A stretch of 64,000 bases of DNA, taken from the IMG/VR virus record IMGVR_UViG_3300020045_005677, positions 1-64,000 of that record. The stretch is one strand, 5' to 3'. The DNA is from a virus. The notes under the pieces are model-generated. The model did no database searches and was not told the origin of the DNA. It was given only the letters and a program-made list of their open reading frames with translations. Below are positions 57,912 to 64,000 of this stretch, one piece after another; within the stretch, counting starts at the first letter, position 1, and every line of letters begins with the position of its first letter. A program made the translations under genes and the position numbers.

Positions 57912-59459
57912 ATGAGAATGGCTAACATGCTATTGCAAACAGCAAACTTAGAAGCAGGTTTAGAAGTAAATATTGCTATACAAAAAGACCCAAAGTTTAT
58001 AAATGAAGCTAGTGCTTATATAGATGAACTAAAAGTAATCTACGATAAAGATACTAAAGTATTTAAAGATACTGCTACTTTCTTAACTATTAGTAAACAA
58101 GCTAAAGAGATTGTTAATAATCTATCTCTTCTATTCTCAGAGAGAATAGGTATTGATTTTACAATAATAGGAGATTCTACTGGTAATGCTTGTGTATTCT
58201 CTGTTACTCCTTCTAATTATAATGTTATTGTAGAAGAGGCTGGTACAGTAGAAAAAGATTTACTAGATGCTATAAAACTAATGAAAGATTTAGGTGCAAG
58301 ACCTAATGAGGATACTGAATTCAATATGGATAGCTTTAGTGGTATTGTTAAGATTTATGAATCTATGTTAAGCTCTACTAAATCTCTTAATACGTTATTA
58401 AAAACAGATTCTGTAAAATTTGATTTACTTAAAGCTAAAGTAACTGGACTACCTAAAGACTTTAAGTCTATTATTGCTATAGATATTGTATCATTTATGC
58501 AAACACATTCTATTAAAGAAATATTAGCTGTATTAATTCATGAAGCAGGACATCAGTTTACTCATTTATTAAATATGTATAGAATAGCTAGAACTAATAC
58601 TATCTTAAAAGATTGTAGTGTATTAGCTAAAGATGGAGATATCGGTAAAGTAGAAATAACTCTTAAAAAAGAATTGGGAATAGAAATTCCTAAATTAAAT
58701 AATTTTAAAGAAGAAGATAACTTTAAAGATATTAAAGTGTTTATGACTACTCTGCTAAGTAAAGCAATGGTAACTAATGAAAATGAATCTAGTTATTCAT
58801 CTAGAGATAGTGAAGCTTTAGCAGACCAGTTTGCTAGCAAGTTTGGATTAGGACTAGAATTAGCTACTGCATTAGATAAAATTGCTAATAATAGTTATAC
58901 AGAGCTAGATTACTTTCTAGGTGAAAATACAATACTATGGATGTTAAAAGTAAATATTATTATATCTGCTTTTGTTCTTGCTTATGGCTTAATTGCACTT
59001 GCACTACTTGGTGCTCTTTCTGTTACAGCTGCTATCGTTGTTACTAGTGCAGCAATTTCAATAGCTATAGAATTGTCTGTAGTAGCTATTGTATTTTTGG
59101 TTGCCATAAATGTATTTAGATTCTTTTATGGTGGTAATGATGCTTTTGAAGCTGTCTATGATGACAAAAAAAGAAGATTAGAGAGAATTAGAAATGATGC
59201 TATCAGAATGCTAAATAGTTTAATTCTAAGTGCTGATAGTAAAGATAAAGAGATGATAGTTGATAAGATTAATGATATTCAAGCTTTGGATAAGGTTATT
59301 GATAAAACTAGAAAGAGTAGAGCATTTGTAGATATAGCTGGAGACTTATTTTTCTCTAGTAATAGAAAACACTCTATTGAGACATTGGTGCAACAAATAT
59401 TAGAAAATATGAATGCTAATAAACTAACTATGCTTGGTGCTAAGTTAGAACAACTATAA
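57912..59459 (+). CDS. internal head/ejection protein with zincin HExxH motif and TM hairpin
   Basis: AGLE|V processing site; LIHEAGHQF; EALADQFA...G.G..LATALDK; long hydrophobic region. Confidence 0.7.
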   Translation: MRMANMLLQTANLEAGLEVNIAIQKDPKFINEASAYIDELKVIYDKDTKVFKDTATFLTISKQAKEIVNNLSLLFSERIGIDFTIIGDSTGNACVFSVTPSNYNVIVEEAGTVEKDLLDAIKLMKDLGARPNEDTEFNMDSFSGIVKIYESMLSSTKSLNTLLKTDSVKFDLLKAKVTGLPKDFKSIIAIDIVSFMQTHSIKEILAVLIHEAGHQFTHLLNMYRIARTNTILKDCSVLAKDGDIGKVEITLKKELGIEIPKLNNFKEEDNFKDIKVFMTTLLSKAMVTNENESSYSSRDSEALADQFASKFGLGLELATALDKIANNSYTELDYFLGENTILWMLKVNIIISAFVLAYGLIALALLGALSVTAAIVVTSAAISIAIELSVVAIVFLVAINVFRFFYGGNDAFEAVYDDKKRRLERIRNDAIRMLNSLILSADSKDKEMIVDKINDIQALDKVIDKTRKSRAFVDIAGDLFFSSNRKHSIETLVQQILENMNANKLTMLGAKLEQL

Positions 59460-59471
59460 TAGGAATAGACA

Positions 59472-59936
59472 ATGGTAAATTTTTTAGACCCAACTAATAT
59501 TAAATTAGCAGACTATGCTAATAAACTAAGTCCAGATATTAAGAATGTAGCTATCTTTGCTATGGCATATACTACGTTTAATTTATTAAGCGAAAACTTA
59601 ACAAAAGAAGATATGGTAACTAATAGCCCATCTATTGGTGTATTAAAAACTAAAATAGCTGATTCTATTAATGAGTTAGTAATTATTGATAGAGAAGTAT
59701 TTAAAAACTACTTAGTTAAATTTGTAGAATATAATAATGCAAAAATCAATAATGGATATACAGAAGTAAATAGTACTAAAGATATCTTTAATGTAAATGC
59801 TATTTTTGGAAATACTATTTTAGAATTAGTAGATAACAACTTTGAAGTATTTAAAAATACAACTAGATATTATTCAAGTAGTAACTTATTGCAAGATGAA
59901 ATAATGAATAAGATTATTGCTAATAAAGGAGCATAG
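59472..59936 (+). CDS. probable head protein (154 aa)
   Basis: AAGGA RBS; in the head-protein operon. Confidence 0.55.
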   Translation: MVNFLDPTNIKLADYANKLSPDIKNVAIFAMAYTTFNLLSENLTKEDMVTNSPSIGVLKTKIADSINELVIIDREVFKNYLVKFVEYNNAKINNGYTEVNSTKDIFNVNAIFGNTILELVDNNFEVFKNTTRYYSSSNLLQDEIMNKIIANKGA

Positions 59937-60851
59937 ATGAAAGATATTAGTAAACTAGAACTAGCAGTCAGAGGTCTCTCCGATGTGCTATCTAATAATA
60001 AAGTTTCTCAATCTCATATTCAAGATTTACATGCTGGTATGGAGTCTTTGGATATTCCTGTAGGAAATCCAAATATTAGAATGTATTCTAGAGTATTATC
60101 GGATATAGGATTAGAAGATGCTAGTAGAGAATTAGAGCTAGGTAGATATGCTTTAACACAATTGAGCTATGAGAATAGTAAAAAGTCTTTAGCTGGTATT
60201 AAAAATAGTGTAGGTATGATTTTAGAGAGAATTAACTATAGAAAAGAAAATTATGATATTAATCAAGTAGTAGTAGATAAACTACTAGATGAAGCTAGTT
60301 GGAAATATAATAATTATAATGTAGATACAAATGGTGACATAGGAAGAACTACAGGGATTGTAGAAGATAGTATTTTTAATCCTTATGTACTTAGAAATAT
60401 TATACATGAATTATTCGATACTGATACACTTGTTGAACTAAGCAAATATCAAGAAGCAGTAAATAAATATTCTCCATTTTTAAATTGGGTATCATCTACT
60501 GATTTAGAAAAGATTGTTTTTGATTTAGAATTTAATGTAAATGATGTATATATTAAAGATGTTATAAACTTAATCATATCTGATAAAGTTACTGTAGCTT
60601 TAGATAGTATATTATTTTCTCTTACTGAGTATTATTTAAACTCTTATAAATCTTCTGAGTTTTCTCCTAAGGAAATTAAAGCATTAGTAGAAGTAACTAA
60701 AAGAGATGATGCCAATGAAGGAAAAGAAGAAATAGATAGAGAATATTGGGGATTGGTAAATACTAAGTATCATGGTGTATTTAACGATTCAGATGGTATA
60801 GAGTTGTTTATGTGTTTCTATAGATTAATTTATTCTGTAGAGAAAAAATAA
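59937..60851 (+). CDS. probable internal head protein
   Basis: HAGME|S processing-like site. Confidence 0.55.
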   Translation: MKDISKLELAVRGLSDVLSNNKVSQSHIQDLHAGMESLDIPVGNPNIRMYSRVLSDIGLEDASRELELGRYALTQLSYENSKKSLAGIKNSVGMILERINYRKENYDINQVVVDKLLDEASWKYNNYNVDTNGDIGRTTGIVEDSIFNPYVLRNIIHELFDTDTLVELSKYQEAVNKYSPFLNWVSSTDLEKIVFDLEFNVNDVYIKDVINLIISDKVTVALDSILFSLTEYYLNSYKSSEFSPKEIKALVEVTKRDDANEGKEEIDREYWGLVNTKYHGVFNDSDGIELFMCFYRLIYSVEKK

Positions 60852-60856
60852 TAAAG

Positions 60857-60886
60857 CATATAGATAGTCAATTGACTATCTATATG
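60857..60886. terminator. perfect 30-nt palindrome between convergent genes
   Basis: CATATAGATAGTCAA|TTGACTATCTATATG. Confidence 0.7.
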
Positions 60887-63738
60887 TTAGTTTCTATGCT
60901 GATATTTACTTTATAGTTTATATCAATATTATTGTTGTTGTCTAATGCTATTTCCTTATCTACAGTAAATACATTTCCATCACTAGTAATAGTTACTACT
61001 TCTTTATTGTCAGGAGTAATATTATCTATCTTTACACCTAATACATTACTACCTAATGTAGTTAATATTTCAGCTCTAATTTCAGATATACTAAATGTTT
61101 TATTCTCTACTGCTTTATGTATAATATCACCTACTATATTTTTATAATTGTTTATTAAATCTGTAGTAATATCTACTGCATTCTTTAAGTATATAATTAC
61201 TGTAGGAGTAATAATACTATCATAAGCTGTAATTAGATTGTTAGATATTACTTTAACAGTACCAGCTGTCTTAAATGGTCTATAATAGATATTAGTTTGT
61301 TCTAATGTTCTATCGTTTAAATCTTTAATGCTATTATTTAACCAAGTAATAATTGTATTGGTATATTCAGATACATAACTAGGATAATCATTACCAGCTA
61401 CTAAAAACTTATAATCTACCATTAGCATATCTATTGCTCTTACTACACCAGACACTCCATCCAATATCATATTTCCATTACTATCCAATATATAGTCACC
61501 TTTTCTATGTGCATATATATTATTACCTTCATCATCTTGAATTACATCTCCTTGAGAATATAATAATCTACTCTCTAAATCTATAATTACATTATTAACA
61601 TCTCTGATAGGCCAAAAGATACTATTTGTCTCAGGACAATATTCATATATGTTTTCTGAATACTTAGCTAGCTCATCAAACTCATATCTTTTAAACTTTT
61701 TATTAGTATAATAGTTTTTAATATCATTCCATAAATTAGTTAATTCTTGACCTATACTATATCTTACTGTCTCCAATGTTAATACATTTAGATTCTCTTT
61801 ATCATCTATCATTACTAAGTTATCGTAAGAAGCATGCTCAATATCTTTTATTACCATATTATCTATAGAATATAATACAATATCCATTTTCTCAGAAATA
61901 GGTACACTCTTAGTGACTACTAGACTATCTCCACCTGATATACTAATTCCATTATTGCTATCTACAAAGAAAGTAGATTTAATATTAAAAGTAAAATACT
62001 TACCAGTTGAATCAGAAGTCATAGCTTCTGTAAAGTATACTTTTTCTATACTATCATTTAGAGGTATAGATAATTGAGCTTTAATAAATGATGGTCTAAG
62101 ATTATTGAAATCATCATTACCAGATACTTTAAATTTAATTATATATCCATCAGCTCCAATAGATATAGACATAGATACAATATTAGCTCTAGGCTTAATA
62201 TAATTGTTAGTAGCTTCTACTCTTAGATTACTTAAATATGGATTATCTAAATCATATATTTTAGATTTAATAATATTAGCATCTTTTTCTATAATATAAT
62301 AAAAAGGATTATAGAATATAGTATTACTATTTAAATAGGTAATTAACTCTTTTTTACTCATATTGTTAATGTTAAAGATAGATACATTATCTAATACTTC
62401 TAGTATACCATTAGAGTATTTAAATAGAGATTTAGATTTAACTACAGCATTGTCATTAGTTAATACTATGTTCTGATTATTAGTTAATTCATCTAGCTTT
62501 AAAGATACAGTATTGTTATATAAATCAGCTCTTACTTTAATATTAGAATTCGTAGATACTGGTAATGTTTTATTAGCTATAAATGTTCTTCCTGTTACGG
62601 TGTCTTTTATTAAGTTAATTTTAAAATCATCTCTACTAGCATATTCTTCAATTTCTTTAATAGTAATAGGTGTATCTATTTTACCTATAGTATTAAATAT
62701 AACAGAATCTCTAATTTCATCTATTGTTTTACCATTCTTTCCATAAGTAGCCATACCTCTAGATACTACATACTTATTAATATTTTCAGTCACTGCTGAA
62801 TCATAGTCTAATGTTGGTCCTAGTTTTAATTGGAACTGCTGACTATTCATTATCTCTATTGGAATATTAATATTACCCTTAGTAGTGTATAACACTATTT
62901 CTATAGTATTATCTATTATGCCTTGCATCTGATATAACATAGGTAAATCATACACTACTTTACCATCTAGAAACTTAACAAATATACTAGGAGTATTTGT
63001 ATCAAATACTGTATCGTTATATACTATATTTAATTTAGTTCTTACGTTATCTACATTAATAGAAAATACTTCTGTATAAAAGAATTTATCTTTAACAGTA
63101 GCTTCGTAAGTAAACTTAGTACCTACTGTTAAATTGTCAGTAAACACTTCTCTTTTTACTTGTCTTAAGATAGTTTCAAATACTATCCATTCTATATTAT
63201 CAGCATCAGTAGTTAATATATTATCTAAGATATATACATTGTCTATTCCTAATCCACTCTCTGAACTTTGTTGTTCAATATTTATTTCACCACTATCGTA
63301 AATATAAATATCTATTTTATTTAATAATGTAAATGTAATTTCATCTATTGTTAAACTAGTATATAAAGGAATAGAACATTTCTTATATCCCTCATAAGCT
63401 ATACCAGCTTGTAATATATCTAATTTCTTAATAAAGAATACACTAGATATTGTACTAGGTGTAGATGATATACCAATTATATCTGCATCTGATATATGCT
63501 TATATAATTCATCTGTACTCACTCCTAATATAGGAAATACATTTCTGATACCAATATTAAATTTATTTACAGCTGCAGCTGATAAAGCAGCACTAGCTTC
63601 TATTTGTAACATAAAAGGATTAGTAGGGTCTACTAGTTCTAGACTAGCAGTAGTATTGTTATTTATTAAACTAATTATCTTAGCTATAGACTTAGTAGGG
63701 TCTACTACATAATTAAGTAAATCTTCTTCTGTTGCCAT
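60880..63738 (-). CDS. baseplate wedge protein (phiKZ gp87-like, T4 gp6-like)
   Basis: 952 aa; DPTNPF...+EAS...S...L.P...T..+LY.H.SD motif at the N-terminus. Confidence 0.7.
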   Translation of the reverse strand: MATEEDLLNYVVDPTKSIAKIISLINNNTTASLELVDPTNPFMLQIEASAALSAAAVNKFNIGIRNVFPILGVSTDELYKHISDADIIGISSTPSTISSVFFIKKLDILQAGIAYEGYKKCSIPLYTSLTIDEITFTLLNKIDIYIYDSGEINIEQQSSESGLGIDNVYILDNILTTDADNIEWIVFETILRQVKREVFTDNLTVGTKFTYEATVKDKFFYTEVFSINVDNVRTKLNIVYNDTVFDTNTPSIFVKFLDGKVVYDLPMLYQMQGIIDNTIEIVLYTTKGNINIPIEIMNSQQFQLKLGPTLDYDSAVTENINKYVVSRGMATYGKNGKTIDEIRDSVIFNTIGKIDTPITIKEIEEYASRDDFKINLIKDTVTGRTFIANKTLPVSTNSNIKVRADLYNNTVSLKLDELTNNQNIVLTNDNAVVKSKSLFKYSNGILEVLDNVSIFNINNMSKKELITYLNSNTIFYNPFYYIIEKDANIIKSKIYDLDNPYLSNLRVEATNNYIKPRANIVSMSISIGADGYIIKFKVSGNDDFNNLRPSFIKAQLSIPLNDSIEKVYFTEAMTSDSTGKYFTFNIKSTFFVDSNNGISISGGDSLVVTKSVPISEKMDIVLYSIDNMVIKDIEHASYDNLVMIDDKENLNVLTLETVRYSIGQELTNLWNDIKNYYTNKKFKRYEFDELAKYSENIYEYCPETNSIFWPIRDVNNVIIDLESRLLYSQGDVIQDDEGNNIYAHRKGDYILDSNGNMILDGVSGVVRAIDMLMVDYKFLVAGNDYPSYVSEYTNTIITWLNNSIKDLNDRTLEQTNIYYRPFKTAGTVKVISNNLITAYDSIITPTVIIYLKNAVDITTDLINNYKNIVGDIIHKAVENKTFSISEIRAEILTTLGSNVLGVKIDNITPDNKEVVTITSDGNVFTVDKEIALDNNNNIDINYKVNISIETNI

Positions 63739-63761
63739 TATTTATTCCTAATTTTAATTTT

Positions 63762-64000
63762 TTATTCAACTGGTAATATAATAGATTTTGGAATATACCA
63801 TTCCAGCTCTCTAGTATCTGGATTAATATATGGATATGTTCTAAATCTATATAATCCTAATAATGATTTAGGTACTCTCACTAGCCCAGAATCTAATCCA
63901 TCTACCATTCTAGCATAATCTGGATTAGTAATAGCTGTATGCTCATTAAACTGAGCAATAGCCATAGGGTCATCTACTTCAAATCCTGTAGACTTAAATA
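63762..64000 (-). CDS. C-terminal part of a baseplate/tail structural protein (runs off the window end)
   Basis: Frame is open to the window end (FKSTGFEVDDPMAIAQFN..NP...YP.INP.T.ELEW). Confidence 0.6.
   Translation of the reverse strand, partial: FKSTGFEVDDPMAIAQFNEHTAITNPDYARMVDGLDSGLVRVPKSLLGLYRFRTYPYINPDTRELEWYIPKSIILPVE

Noticed and set aside
1-64000. CRISPR array, tRNA/rRNA genes, stop-codon reassignment
   Set aside because: No regularly spaced repeat-spacer unit or RNA gene recognised; genes are full length and densely packed under the standard code, with all three stops used as terminators.

Overview
This window is part of a very AT-rich (about 25% G+C by eye) phiKZ-like jumbo myophage genome that appears to be nucleus-forming (Chimalliviridae-like). 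It encodes a chimallin (ChmA) nuclear-shell homolog (43105-45078). Immediately downstream is the non-virion RNA polymerase beta'-N subunit, whose catalytic NADFDGD motif is split by a 425-nt ORF-less group I intron (46384-46808). Also present are two virion RNAP subunits, tail sheath and tube, baseplate spike and wedge, internal head proteins, UvsX, RNase H, SbcC, RuvC, an SNF2 helicase, a dimeric dUTPase, a DprA-like protein and a spanin pair. The Campylobacter-type dUTPase, the spanins and the low GC suggest a Campylobacterota host (inference). Beyond the genes I find a bipartite early promoter repeated 7 times, a family of long AT-rich palindromes at operon ends, apparent absence of GATC, a captured ATP synthase alpha N-terminal domain, and a ~1.9 kb non-coding region with a 233-nt G-free tract and dense hairpins. 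I recognised no tRNA, rRNA or CRISPR array. All family assignments come from motifs recognised by eye and recalled family knowledge; no database search was run.
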